Assembly: GCA_963675595.2 (NCBI GenBank)
Contig: CAXXLZ010000002.1
Location: forward strand, 992,001-1,056,000
Direction: 5' to 3'
Origin: Thermodesulfobacteriota bacterium
Lineage (GTDB): Bacteria > Desulfobacterota > Desulfarculia > JACQYL01
Length of the DNA: 64,000 bases
Part shown: positions 18,733 through 29,657 of the stretch, one piece after another
Layout: every line of letters begins with the position of its first letter
How positions within the stretch are numbered: position 1 is the stretch's first letter
Notes under the pieces: generated by a model
Database searches by the model: none
What the model saw: the letters and a program-made list of their open reading frames with translations, nothing else
Told to the model about the DNA's origin: nothing
Made by a program: the position numbers and the translations under genes

Positions 18733-20085
18733 TCAACTCTGCGGCGTATAGACCACGTAGCCCCTGGGCGGGGCCCAGAATTCCCCCCAACCTCCCTGTC
18801 CCGTCCGGGTTTCTTGGGGAGCCCCGGAATCCGCCTCGCCCCTCCAGGCTACGGGAGCGAATCGGGTATGCTCCCATTGGGTGCGAGCCCAGTTCCCGTT
18901 CCAATCTCCCCGGTTGTTGAGCGCAAACACCAAGCCCTTTTGCTCCCGCCACCCGTTTCTCTGCATGATGTAGAGATCGTCGTCGACATAGAGTACCGAG
19001 GACTCGCCGCCTGCGTGCTCTTCATGCACCTTGACCAGGGCCGCGATGCCGTCCGCGGACCCTTCCAGCCCCAGTCCCCAGGTGTAATAATCCTGCCAGA
19101 ATACACAGGGATAGCCTTCGTGCGTCAGGATAAAGGCGTATGCGAGCATCTTGTCCGTTCGGACGGGGTCGTCGCGCACCACGTCGTGGTTCTCTACGAA
19201 TGTCACGGCCTGCGCGGGCATTTCTTTGAACAGTGTGCCTCCTTCCACGAGGTTTCTCAAGCTGTACCCGGGAGCCTGGCAAAGGTCTCTCAGTCGATAC
19301 CTCAATGGGAAGTCGAAGGCGGCCGCTGGATTGTCGGACCAGGCGTTGGTTTCCTCGAGCCAATCCAAAATGGTCCTTTGGCTGTCCCAGCATTCCCCCA
19401 CGCCGAAAGGTTTGAAGCCCTTTCCATCCTTCACGCCCCTCAGCTCCTGGATGGCTCGGACCATCCAGCCGCCGTACCCTTTGACGCAGTCGTACCGGAA
19501 GCCGTCGAACTTGATCTCCTCCAGCAGCCACCGCGCGTACTCCAGCAGTTCCGTATACACATAAGGGTGTCTGTGGCAAAGGTCGGGCATGTCGCCGAAG
19601 GTTTCGTCATCCCAGGTTTCATAGGGCGAGGGATGGAAGCATTTCCAATCCCTGGGAAACTTACCGCTCTTGGGTTGGAACTTGGTCCACCGTTCGCCGC
19701 CGTCGATGGGATTCTCTTCTTTCCCGTCGCCTCCGCTGTTGTGGTTCAACACCAGGTCGGCATAGACTTCCATGTGATGCTCGTGGGCCACGCCGATCAG
19801 ATCCACGAGTTCATCTCTCGACCCGAACCACGTGCTTGTGGACCCCTTCTGTTCCAGGTCCCCGAGATCGTAATAATCATAGGGGTCGTATCCCATGGAC
19901 ATGCCGTCGATACCGGCCGCTTTGCAGGCGGGCGGCAGCCACAGTGCGGTGAATCCCGCGTCGCTCAACGAAGGGACTTTGCTCTTGACGTGATTCCACC
20001 ATTGTCGTTCCTTGTTTTCGAGCCCGGGACAATCCCAATAGAAGGCCTGCATGATCACACCCATGGTCCGTTCCTCCTTTGACAT
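18733..20085 (-). CDS. Alpha-amylase, GH13 (resembles subfamily 7); no signal peptide
   Basis: GVIMQAFYWD, SMGYDPYDYYDLG, DLVLNH, DGFRYDCVKGY, GVGECWD, FVENHD conserved regions. Start may be at MGVIMQ. Confidence 0.92.
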   Translation of the reverse strand: MSKEERTMGVIMQAFYWDCPGLENKERQWWNHVKSKVPSLSDAGFTALWLPPACKAAGIDGMSMGYDPYDYYDLGDLEQKGSTSTWFGSRDELVDLIGVAHEHHMEVYADLVLNHNSGGDGKEENPIDGGERWTKFQPKSGKFPRDWKCFHPSPYETWDDETFGDMPDLCHRHPYVYTELLEYARWLLEEIKFDGFRYDCVKGYGGWMVRAIQELRGVKDGKGFKPFGVGECWDSQRTILDWLEETNAWSDNPAAAFDFPLRYRLRDLCQAPGYSLRNLVEGGTLFKEMPAQAVTFVENHDVVRDDPVRTDKMLAYAFILTHEGYPCVFWQDYYTWGLGLEGSADGIAALVKVHEEHAGGESSVLYVDDDLYIMQRNGWREQKGLVFALNNRGDWNGNWARTQWEHTRFAPVAWRGEADSGAPQETRTGQGGWGEFWAPPRGYVVYTPQS

Positions 20086-20133
20086 TGAATCGGCTTCCGC
20101 TTTCGGTTACGTTTCTTCAATACAGCTGCCGGC

Positions 20134-20374
20134 GTTATCATTCACGGGGAGAACTTTTAAGAAAGTTCCCCCCGTGCGCCCCCCTTGTAACCCTTCAGGC
20201 AGGCCTCACCGCCTTCGGCGGAGAGGCTGGGGGAGAAAGAGGTTTCCTCGCTGATTTTCAGCGTTCCTTACATCTCCTGAATCGACAAAGAAGCTCCATA
20301 GTCCGGCTTTGTCACGTACCGGCGCGATGGAGCCCGTACAACGGGTCCGGTTGTAAGATCGTTTCCCCTGTGAC
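20134..20374. repeat. ~240-bp repeat, right arm (inverted) flanking the amylase
   Basis: Contains gcaggcctcaccgccttcggcggagag and agaagctccatagtccggctt, reverse complements of blocks in 18445-18687. Confidence 0.85.
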
Positions 20375-20430
20375 CCTGTGAATGCGAATCTACCGGCTTT
20401 TTTTGGAAGTTCGGGGCCGCCGAACATTGA

Positions 20431-20462
20431 GAATGAATGAGTGAGTGAGTGAGTGAGTGAGT
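20431..20462. repeat. Tetranucleotide microsatellite (GAAT)2(GAGT)6
   Basis: Read directly from the sequence. Confidence 0.9.
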
Positions 20463-20599
20463 GAAACCAACCACCGGCCCGCATTGAGATATTGTACAGT
20501 GGATTGCAGCCACCGGAAAGACTCTTGCACGCGTATCCCGATCCTCCCGTCCGACAGACGACCGCCGCCGAACCTTCCGGCGGTCCGATTCAATCTCGC

Positions 20600-22681
20600 A
20601 TGAGCATCGCGTTCCCGGCCATACTGAAACGACCGAGTTTCCAACGCCGGCTTGCCGGTATTTCGGCGGTTCTCGTGCCGTTGGCGGGCTGGTACCGCTT
20701 CTCCTTCGACTTCGTTTCCGTGCTTTCCGCGTTCCTGTTCTTCTTCATGTTGCCCGGACTGTGCATCGGAGCACGGCTGTTCCGTGAAAACACCGACCTG
20801 TTGGAGCGGACGGCCTGTGCCTTCGCCTGCGGCATGGCCTTCAACGCTCTTTTCTTTCTGATCCGAGGCCTGGTCGGATTTCCCTCGGATTTCGCCGCAA
20901 CCGCCCGCATACTCGCGGCCTGCATCTGTCTTGTTGTGTTGGTCACGGTCCGGCATGAATACAAGAACCACTGGGCCGGGCTTCGGTTTCGCACAGGCGA
21001 CTCGGCCTTGGTTCCCCTGATCCTGATCGCCGTTCTCGGCATGATCCTTCTGTTCAACGAAAACGTATGGCTCCTCACTTCCGACAGTCTGGCCTATCTT
21101 CCACGAATGGTGGAATGGGGGCGACAAGGGGAAACGGGCATCGACCCGACGGCCGAACTCGTGACGCTTTTAGGAAATACGCGCCTGTATCGCATGGTGA
21201 TGCAGCCCTTTCTGCTGCAGGTAACGGCGGTTGCCCCTGCGGTGAGCTATCAGATTTTGACGGTTCTCGTGGGAGGCTGTTTCGCGTGTTCTTTTTATTT
21301 CTTTCTGAAACGCCTTTGGGACGACAAGCTCTTTCTCACTTTGGGCATTCTGCTTTTCATAACTCACTTCGGAGGCTTCTGGTTCAACCCCATTCACTCC
21401 AATTATTCCTGGTTCGTGGCGTGGAGCCTGTATTTCATCGCCATGGGACGGCTGCTGGAAGCCTCGGGCTCCGGCGAAAAGAAGAAGGCGATCCTTCCCC
21501 TTGTTCTGATAGGCGTTACCATCCTGTTCCACGGCGCCGTCTTCCTCATGGCGGTCTTGAGCGCGTCCGCCTTCCTTTTCGGTATCCTTGCGCTCGGAGA
21601 CCACCCCAATAGAGGGTTGCGGAAAATCGTCGCCGGCGCTCTGAGTGTGCTGTTCATCGGCACGCTTATCCTTTACGGCATCGACGTGCTGTGGACGCGT
21701 CTTCCCCTGCTGGATTCCTTGGGGCTGTATAGGACCCGCGGCTTTGGCGACGGATTCGTGGAAGCCTTCGGATCAGGCTATGTCATCGATCCGGTTTCCG
21801 GTCCCGTCCTGTTTTCAGGCCTGTGGGGCTTGTTGTCCGTGGCGTTCCTTCCAATAGTGTTTCGGAACCGGAATCGGTTGAAGAAAAACGCCGCTTCCTT
21901 TCTGGGTTCCAACACGGTGGTCCCTTTGGCCGTATTGTTCAATCCCCTTTTGGTATCCGTCCTGCTGCCCTGGTTCCAGCCCGCCGGCGTGGAACGTCTG
22001 ATCTTCGCCATGCCGTACATCCCCGTCACGGCATTGGTCGTCACTGTGTTCCTGCGAAAACGACAAAACGCACCGGCCGACGCCGCGGCACGTGGGCGAG
22101 CCATGGGGATCGTCCTCCTTGTCTTGATCACCGGCCTGCCGGTTTTTCTTTATCGGGGACTGCTGTTACTTCCGGCGGATTGGGGAACCCGGGTCCAACC
22201 GTTGGTGGAAAGAATCTCCGGACTTCCCACAGGCCCCTATCGCTACAACCATCCCGCGCTTCTGCGCGCCGTGGACTTCATCAAGCGGAAGATTCCCACC
22301 GACGCCCTGTTCCTGACCGATCCCCTCACCGCGGAACTGTTCCCCATACGGTTGAAACAGCCCGTTCTGGAGAGATGGAGACGCGATCCGACCCGGCTTG
22401 AGATTCCTTCCAGCACGAGCATGATCGCCCTCGGCTCGAACTTCAATATCCGGAAGACGGTCGCACTGCTGACGGACAGGCGCGTTGATTTCATACTGAT
22501 CAACGATTCCTGGAACGCCTACACCAGCGACCAGTATTTCGAACCACCGTCGGAAGGAATAGATTCCGTATTCGACGTGGGGAAATTCAAGGCGCATCCG
22601 GAATTTTTTCGATTGCTTTTCGAGGATGGAAGAATCTTTCTCTTTGAATTCCTCGGTCGGTCCTCTTCCGGCTCGGCGTGA
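20600..22681 (+). CDS. Polytopic membrane protein, possibly a GT-C-type glycosyltransferase or polysaccharide-modifying enzyme
   Basis: Many hydrophobic segments, SD...Y motif after the N-terminal TMs, soluble C-terminal domain. Convergent with the wecB cluster. Start uncertain (20492 or 20600). Confidence 0.6.
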   Translation: MSIAFPAILKRPSFQRRLAGISAVLVPLAGWYRFSFDFVSVLSAFLFFFMLPGLCIGARLFRENTDLLERTACAFACGMAFNALFFLIRGLVGFPSDFAATARILAACICLVVLVTVRHEYKNHWAGLRFRTGDSALVPLILIAVLGMILLFNENVWLLTSDSLAYLPRMVEWGRQGETGIDPTAELVTLLGNTRLYRMVMQPFLLQVTAVAPAVSYQILTVLVGGCFACSFYFFLKRLWDDKLFLTLGILLFITHFGGFWFNPIHSNYSWFVAWSLYFIAMGRLLEASGSGEKKKAILPLVLIGVTILFHGAVFLMAVLSASAFLFGILALGDHPNRGLRKIVAGALSVLFIGTLILYGIDVLWTRLPLLDSLGLYRTRGFGDGFVEAFGSGYVIDPVSGPVLFSGLWGLLSVAFLPIVFRNRNRLKKNAASFLGSNTVVPLAVLFNPLLVSVLLPWFQPAGVERLIFAMPYIPVTALVVTVFLRKRQNAPADAAARGRAMGIVLLVLITGLPVFLYRGLLLLPADWGTRVQPLVERISGLPTGPYRYNHPALLRAVDFIKRKIPTDALFLTDPLTAELFPIRLKQPVLERWRRDPTRLEIPSSTSMIALGSNFNIRKTVALLTDRRVDFILINDSWNAYTSDQYFEPPSEGIDSVFDVGKFKAHPEFFRLLFEDGRIFLFEFLGRSSSGSA

Positions 22682-22713
22682 ACGTCCGGAAGAGAAAAGG
22701 AAGAACGGGCGTC

Positions 22714-23910
22714 TTATGGACCGTCTTCCCGAAGAAGTGCGTCACAGACGCGAGGGGTGACGGAACGTTCGGGATCGCCTCCTTCAGTGTCCGGTAATGG
22801 TTCCGCGGGCCGCTCTCCGGCCAGAATGGCGGCAACGCGCTGCGCCGCTCGCCCATCGCCGAAAGCGGATGTCTTTCTTGAACATCGGGCGTGTTCCGCG
22901 GGATCGGACAGGAGTCGATGCGCCGCGGCCAGAATATGGTCGGGGTCCGTTCCCACCAGTTGAGCGCTGCCTTCGGTTACGGCTTCCGGGCGCTCGGTTT
23001 CCGTTCTCATGACCAGAGTGGGGATGCCGAGGAAGGAAGTCTCCTCCTGAACACCTCCGGAATCGGTGAGCACCATGTGAGCCCTTTGGAGGCAGGAAAC
23101 GAATTGAGGATAGGCGAGGGGTTGTGTCAAGCGTACCGCCGTGCCCCCCAACTGTCTGATAATGGTCCGACTTACCGCCGGGTTGGGATGCACGGCCAAG
23201 AGAACCTCCACGTCTTCTCGACGGGCCAAGTCGGCCAACGCCCGACAGATTCCATGGAGAACGGCTCCCTGATTTTCGCGCCGATGCACCGTCGCCGGCA
23301 CCAGCAGACGATCGCATTGAAGGTTTTTTTGGGATTCCGGCCGATCCTCCGCCATTGCGCGAAGGCGGCATAGGGCGTCGATGCACGTATTGCCCGTAAA
23401 GAAGACCCGCTCCGGAGGTCGTCCCTCACTAAGAAGCCGATCGGCCGCGTTCCGGGTGGGAGCGAACAGCCAGTCCCCAAGCTCGTCGGCGAGGCGCCGA
23501 TACATTTCTTCAGGAAAGGGGCGTCGCCGGTTCCCCGACCGCAGGCCCGATTCCAGATGCCCGAATGGGATTCCCCGGTGGAAGGCCGCAAGTCCCGCCG
23601 CCAGGGCGGTTACCGTATCCCCCTGCGCCAGGACCACGTTGGGCCGCATCTCGCCGAAGGCCTCATACAGCCCCCGATTGGCGCGCGAAAGGAGTTCCGA
23701 CGGTCCCTGGCCCGGTCGTAGGAGGCCCAGATTCCGACGGGTGTGAATCCCGAACCAGGCGAGAGCAGGCTGCAGAAGCTCCCTGTGCTGTCCGGTGGTG
23801 ATCACCAGAGGCTCGAATTGATCTCCATGCGCGGCGAGCTCGAGAATCACCGGCCCCATCTTGACCGCCTCGGGCCGCGTCCCCACCACGCACGCCACAC
23901 GCGTTCTCAC
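22714..23910 (-). CDS. wecB: UDP-N-acetylglucosamine 2-epimerase (non-hydrolysing)
   Basis: GTRPEAVKM.P, TGQHRELL, QGDT, HLESGLRS, PFPEE, TGNT.IDAL, HRREN, TDSGGVQEE, TERPE motifs. Confidence 0.95.
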   Translation of the reverse strand: MRTRVACVVGTRPEAVKMGPVILELAAHGDQFEPLVITTGQHRELLQPALAWFGIHTRRNLGLLRPGQGPSELLSRANRGLYEAFGEMRPNVVLAQGDTVTALAAGLAAFHRGIPFGHLESGLRSGNRRRPFPEEMYRRLADELGDWLFAPTRNAADRLLSEGRPPERVFFTGNTCIDALCRLRAMAEDRPESQKNLQCDRLLVPATVHRRENQGAVLHGICRALADLARREDVEVLLAVHPNPAVSRTIIRQLGGTAVRLTQPLAYPQFVSCLQRAHMVLTDSGGVQEETSFLGIPTLVMRTETERPEAVTEGSAQLVGTDPDHILAAAHRLLSDPAEHARCSRKTSAFGDGRAAQRVAAILAGERPAEPLPDTEGGDPERSVTPRVCDALLREDGP

Positions 23911-24040
23911 GGCCGGCCGTCCGGCAAGACTCCTGAAACCGCCCCGTCCGCGGCCGCCCGAGCGTCGGTTCCGCGCCGTGCGGGGAGGCTCCCATGGGAA
24001 AAGGAACTAAGACTCACGCCCCATCGATATTCAGAAGCCT

Positions 24041-24817
24041 TCACGACGCACCCCCTGGACGTGTCTCACGGCCGTTGCATCGACATTTCCAGACCAATCG
24101 AAGAAAACTCAAGAGGGCCCGCATCCTGCCGGCACGGGGCGGTTGGGTCACCAAGCGATACAGCCACTCCAGACCGGCTCGTTGCAGAAAAACGGGCGCT
24201 CGTCCGACTTCGCCGGCAAGCACGTCGAAGCTGCCGCCTACGCCCATGACGCATTCAACGGGAAGCTGATCCAGATGCCGTGCAATCCATTTCTCCTGTT
24301 TCGGACTGCCCAGGGCCACGAAAAGAAAATCCGGTTTCGCCAGACAGATTCTTTGGAGGATCAGAGCGTCATCGTCTTCGTATCCATGCTGCGTTTCCAC
24401 GTGCGCGATGCCGGGATATCTCCGCCGAACGACCCTGCCGAGCCGAGAGCAGACTTCGGGTTTCGAGCCATATAGGAAAACCCGTTTGCCTCCCGCGTGA
24501 GCCGATTCCAGCAATGTCATGAACAGACCGATACCGGTGACTCTCGGTATGTGCCCGAGACCTAGTGCCCTTGTGGACAGCACTACGCCGATCCCGTCGG
24601 GAATCAACAGCGTGGCCTTGGTTTCAATGATGTGCGAGAGCTCTTCATCCTCCAGGAACCTCATGACCTTTTCGGGGTTCTGAGCAACGACGAATTGCCT
24701 GACCCCCCGATCGATCCCTTCCATGAGGTATTCCAGGGCTCGGCAGGCATCCACCGCGTGTACCGGACACCCAAGGATTCGCCTTTTTTCCGGGCACGCC
24801 CGCGATATTTCCTTCAT
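24041..24817 (-). CDS. tagA: WecB/TagA/CpsF family glycosyltransferase (GT26)
   Basis: NPEK, IPDGIGVV, RVTGI, FLYGSKP, HGY, FVALGSPKQEKWI, GVGGSFDVLAG...RAP...LEWLYRL...P.R. ATG at 24817 overlaps the upstream TGA. Confidence 0.9.
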   Translation of the reverse strand: MKEISRACPEKRRILGCPVHAVDACRALEYLMEGIDRGVRQFVVAQNPEKVMRFLEDEELSHIIETKATLLIPDGIGVVLSTRALGLGHIPRVTGIGLFMTLLESAHAGGKRVFLYGSKPEVCSRLGRVVRRRYPGIAHVETQHGYEDDDALILQRICLAKPDFLFVALGSPKQEKWIARHLDQLPVECVMGVGGSFDVLAGEVGRAPVFLQRAGLEWLYRLVTQPPRAGRMRALLSFLRLVWKCRCNGRETRPGGAS

Positions 24818-25341
24818 CAAGGGCCGAACCTTCCTTGAATCAGTTCCACGGCCACTTCCACGTTCCGTCTCTCCTTTTGTATCATTCCGTCGATCGCAGG
24901 CCGCATCCGTCGGCTCTGCCGGTCCAGATCGGCAATCCACACTTTCAGCTTATCCGTTACCTGATCGGGAGATTCCCGCAGTTCATCAAGGTTCGCGCCG
25001 TGGGACATCCCCGCCTGTTCCATGAACCATCGGACTTTTGGATCATAGACGAGACCGAAGGCCGGCACGTTGGAAAGCGCGCCCAAAACAACGGCATGGA
25101 GCCGCATGGCGATCACACCGTCCATTTGCGCCAGCACGGCCGCCATCTGTTCGGGCGTGTGATCCGTGTGCAGGATACAGTCTCCGTGTTCGGCGGAACT
25201 CGGCCCCATACTCCCAAGGACCCTCTCGCATACGGACCGATCCTCCCGATTTCGGAAGGGAGTGAAAACATAGCGAATCGGACGCGTGCCTCGCAGCCGT
25301 TCCAAACACTTCGCCAAATTCGGCAGGCAATGCTCGATCCC
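24817..25341 (-). pseudogene. csaB: Polysaccharide pyruvyl transferase CsaB, C-terminal part after the IS110 insertion
   Basis: AMRLHAVVLGA...P...L.YDPKV motif. Joins in frame to 26677-28422 once the IS is removed (...SVRPWK|GIEHCLPNLAKC...). Confidence 0.88.
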
Positions 25342-25345
25342 CTTG

Positions 25346-25351
25346 TATATT
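25346..25351 (+). promoter_or_regulatory. -10 element (TATATT) of the IS110 circle-junction promoter
   Basis: On circularisation TTGACA (26658-26663) lies exactly 17 nt upstream: TTGACA aagaacacagttgcttg TATATT. Confidence 0.8.
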
Positions 25352-25354
25352 TAG

Positions 25355-26518
<1,164 letters not shown>

Positions 26519-26657
26519 CCGGTTTATGTATCACATCGGTTAACCGATGCTGCCGTGGTCTGCTGTGGCGCGGTGCTTGCGCGCGGCAGCCCCACGCGTG
26601 CCGCGCCTAGCAAGCGCCGTGTTACAGCTTCATAGGAATCAGTGACAAACAACTCAG

Positions 26658-26663
26658 TTGACA
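26658..26663 (+). promoter_or_regulatory. -35 element (TTGACA) in the IS110 right end
   Basis: Consensus TTGACA 13 nt before the right core. Pairs with the left-end -10 only in the excised circle. Confidence 0.8.
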
Positions 26664-26676
26664 AAGAACACAGTTG

Positions 26677-28422
26677 CTTCCAAGGACGAACGGAAACCGC
26701 GATGGAGCGGATCCCGCCGATAGCCGATATTCTTTCCACCGCGGAACGGCCCCTGTGCGAGGAAACGACCCCCAATGACACCGCGGGATCAGCGGTGGTT
26801 TCGATCAGGGGTTTGCTTACGCCGCAAGCTCGCAGCAAAGATTTTGACGCCTCATCGCGCACCGTAATACGCTTTACTCGATTGGATACGATCCCAACCG
26901 CCCATCGCGCGAAGCGAGATTTCAGCGGCCCCACTCCCACCGCGTAATACATCACGGGCGTCCTTGATATCAGAGCGAGCAGAACCCGACTCATCCAGAA
27001 AGGAACCACGCGAAAGGAAGCGTCCTGCAGGAGTCCGCCTCCACCCAGTATGAATAGATCCGAACGCCTTGCCTGCTTGAAGATTCGATAAAGACCGCGA
27101 AATCTCCGGCCCATGGGAAGGCTTTTTACGCCGTGCATACGGGCCGTCGACTCCGGGTCCCAACTCAGGACCGTGATCTCGTGAATGCCCTCTTCCCTGA
27201 GGCCTTTGATCATGGCACCGAGGATGGCCTCATCTCCGATATTTCCCGCTCCGTACCAACCGGCCACGGTAACACGACGTTGGGGAGTCTCATCTTCTTC
27301 CTGCCGAACCTTTTTCGCTTCTTCCTTATAAGCTTTCCGTGTCTCCGCCAAAACGTTTTCCATGGAAAAATGGCGGCTCAACGCTTTGCTTCCGTTTCGG
27401 CTCAGACGATCTCTCAGCGAGGGGTCGCGCAGCAATCGCTCGATGCATTCCACGTACCGACCCACATCCCCCTGCTGAACCGCGAACCCGTTACGAGCCA
27501 ACTCGACCGCCTCGGTGTTGCCCCCGACGCGTGAAACGACCACCGGGGTCCGGGCCCGCATCACCTCCAGAAGAGCCATGGACATGCCTTCCATCCTCGA
27601 CGTGGAGACGAAAACGTCGGCCTCCTCCAAAAGAGCCGGCACATCTAGCCGAAACCCGAGAAAGCTCACCTTGCCACCGAGCCCCAGACGCTCCGCGCGA
27701 TGTTCCAATAAACCGCGCAGAGAACCGTCCCCCACGACGACCCCGTGAAATCCGATTTTCCGGCCGAGAGCATGGAAAACTTCGAGCAGGGTATCCGGTC
27801 CTTTCACGGCTTCTAAACGTCCCACGCTTATAATGATGGGCACGTCGGGATTTAGGCCCAATTCTCTCCGCAGCGAGGTCCGCTGCCGGCCGAAGGAAGG
27901 AGGGGAATCGGGCAGGCCGTTACGGATGACCGTAATGCGGTGGGAAGGAATGCCGTCGTTTTCGAGTTCTTTCCCGAGATACGACGACAGCACGATGAAC
28001 CTCGCGACGACCCTTCTCGTCGATCTTTCAATCACCGGATAGAAAAGGCGTTTGAGAGGCGTTGCATAGTCGCTGTAGACGGAACCGTGCACCGTATCGA
28101 TCACCGCCGCGTTGAGGCCGCGGGCGGCAAGCCGACCGACAAAGCCGCCGCGAACTCCGTGCGTATGAACGATGGTCGGCGAAGTATCCTTGAGGTGACG
28201 TCTCAGAGTTGGAATCACCCTCAGGTCCGCCGCGTTCCGCATGGGGAAGACCGTCACGGGAATCCCCAATTCCGCAGATTGCCGCGCCAACTCACCATCA
28301 ATGAAACAGATGATTTGTACGTCCACGTCGGGGTAGCGCTCGCGCAAACCTTTGCACAGAGCGAGAAGATGGACCCGTGACCCGCCTGTTTCCCCGCCGC
28401 CGATGACGTGAACGATCTTCAC
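26677..28422 (-). pseudogene. csaB: GT4 glycosyltransferase-CsaB pyruvyl transferase fusion, N-terminal part (interrupted by IS110)
   Basis: GT4 part: VHTHG, VGRL...KG, GDG, FLGFR.DV, EG....LLE, VGG. CsaB part: GWYGAGNIGDEAIL, LGGGGLLQD.S, GVGPL, ITVRD..S, TADP. Reconstituted protein 756 aa. Confidence 0.9.
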
Positions 28423-29657
28423 GCGGCACTTCCATCGTGCTCAACGGCAGGATCCCGCAAGGCGAACAGCATTCCCACGAAAGCATAGAAGTGCACGCCG
28501 ACATATAGAGCTTCCCAAATGCTGGCAGTCAGGTTTTGTATGGCCGAAGTGAGAATCACGCCGGATATTCCTAAATAGACAGCCCTCTCTTTGTGGTTTC
28601 CCGTTCCCCGACCCCCCCGTAAGGACAGCACAAAAAGGGTAAAAAGCAATACGACGAAGGAGATTAGACCACAGATGCCGACCTCAGCCCCAATCTTGAG
28701 GTAGTGGTTATCGATCCACCCGGCTCCGGGAAGATGATGCTTAATGGACAAAGAGCCCCCGGCCATGCCCATTCCAACCCCGAACAGCGGATGCGCCTGA
28801 ATTGTGGCAAGGGCTTTGGACCAGAAAGCCAACCGTCCATAAATCGCGCTCTGTTCATAGTAGGCCGATCCGAAAAGTTCGGCCACACGAGTCGCCACAT
28901 CGGCAGAAACTGCCAATAACACAATGACCGCTGAAGAGACAATTACCGGAATACGCCCTCTTCTCGTTGTTATCCCGTAAAACAGGATCATGATGAAACA
29001 TGCGAGCCACGCGCCCCTGGAAAAGGTCACCACCAGGCATGCGGCAAGAACAAGGGATGCCGCGGAAAAAATCATGCCCCGCCCGCCATGGCCGTACCAG
29101 GCGCGCGCAAGCGAGAAGGCCAAGACCATGTTGAGATACCCGGCCAGTGCGTTGGGGTTCGCGAAGATGGACACGATCCTGAATTGTTCCATATTCGGTT
29201 TGTTCACCCATCGTCGGCTCTCGATCCCCAACGCGTATTGCCCCAAACCCACCAGAGCGATCAAGACCCCGCTCAAGATAATCAGCTTGATGAATTCATC
29301 TCGGAGCCCTTCATCCCGCAACAAGACCATGGTGATCAGGGCATAGAGCATGGGTTGAAACGTCACGCGAAGGGCCTCCACTCCCATGCGAAAAGGCACG
29401 CCGTTTACCGACAGTGACAGTGCACATGCCAGAACAAAGGTGAGGAAGCACCATCGGACCGGACCCGACAGATCCGGCATGCCCGGACCGGTCCGCGATC
29501 CGAACAACACAAGCACCATGCAGAAAACCAGAAAGAGTTCGTCCCAAACAGGGCCCGGAAGAAAATGGAACCCATGAAAATCGCACACCGTCCGCACGAG
29601 ATAATCGATCCATGGGAAGAAAGCCAGAGGCCAAAGGACGATTCGCGGATTCTTCAT
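28419..29657 (-). CDS. O-antigen ligase / polymerase family membrane protein
   Basis: R..SIFANPNALAGY, TFSRGAW, GR...W..A...I..HPLFGVG.G, DNHYL...E.G..G motifs. Confidence 0.88.
   Translation of the reverse strand: MKNPRIVLWPLAFFPWIDYLVRTVCDFHGFHFLPGPVWDELFLVFCMVLVLFGSRTGPGMPDLSGPVRWCFLTFVLACALSLSVNGVPFRMGVEALRVTFQPMLYALITMVLLRDEGLRDEFIKLIILSGVLIALVGLGQYALGIESRRWVNKPNMEQFRIVSIFANPNALAGYLNMVLAFSLARAWYGHGGRGMIFSAASLVLAACLVVTFSRGAWLACFIMILFYGITTRRGRIPVIVSSAVIVLLAVSADVATRVAELFGSAYYEQSAIYGRLAFWSKALATIQAHPLFGVGMGMAGGSLSIKHHLPGAGWIDNHYLKIGAEVGICGLISFVVLLFTLFVLSLRGGRGTGNHKERAVYLGISGVILTSAIQNLTASIWEALYVGVHFYAFVGMLFALRDPAVEHDGSAA

Noticed and set aside
18676-20082. 468-aa plus-strand ORF
   Set aside because: Antisense to the amylase; typical of GC-rich codon bias.
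26562-26628. Integron attC site
   Set aside because: No RYYYAAC box, GTTACAG deviates from GTTRRRY, and there is no integron integrase or cassette array.
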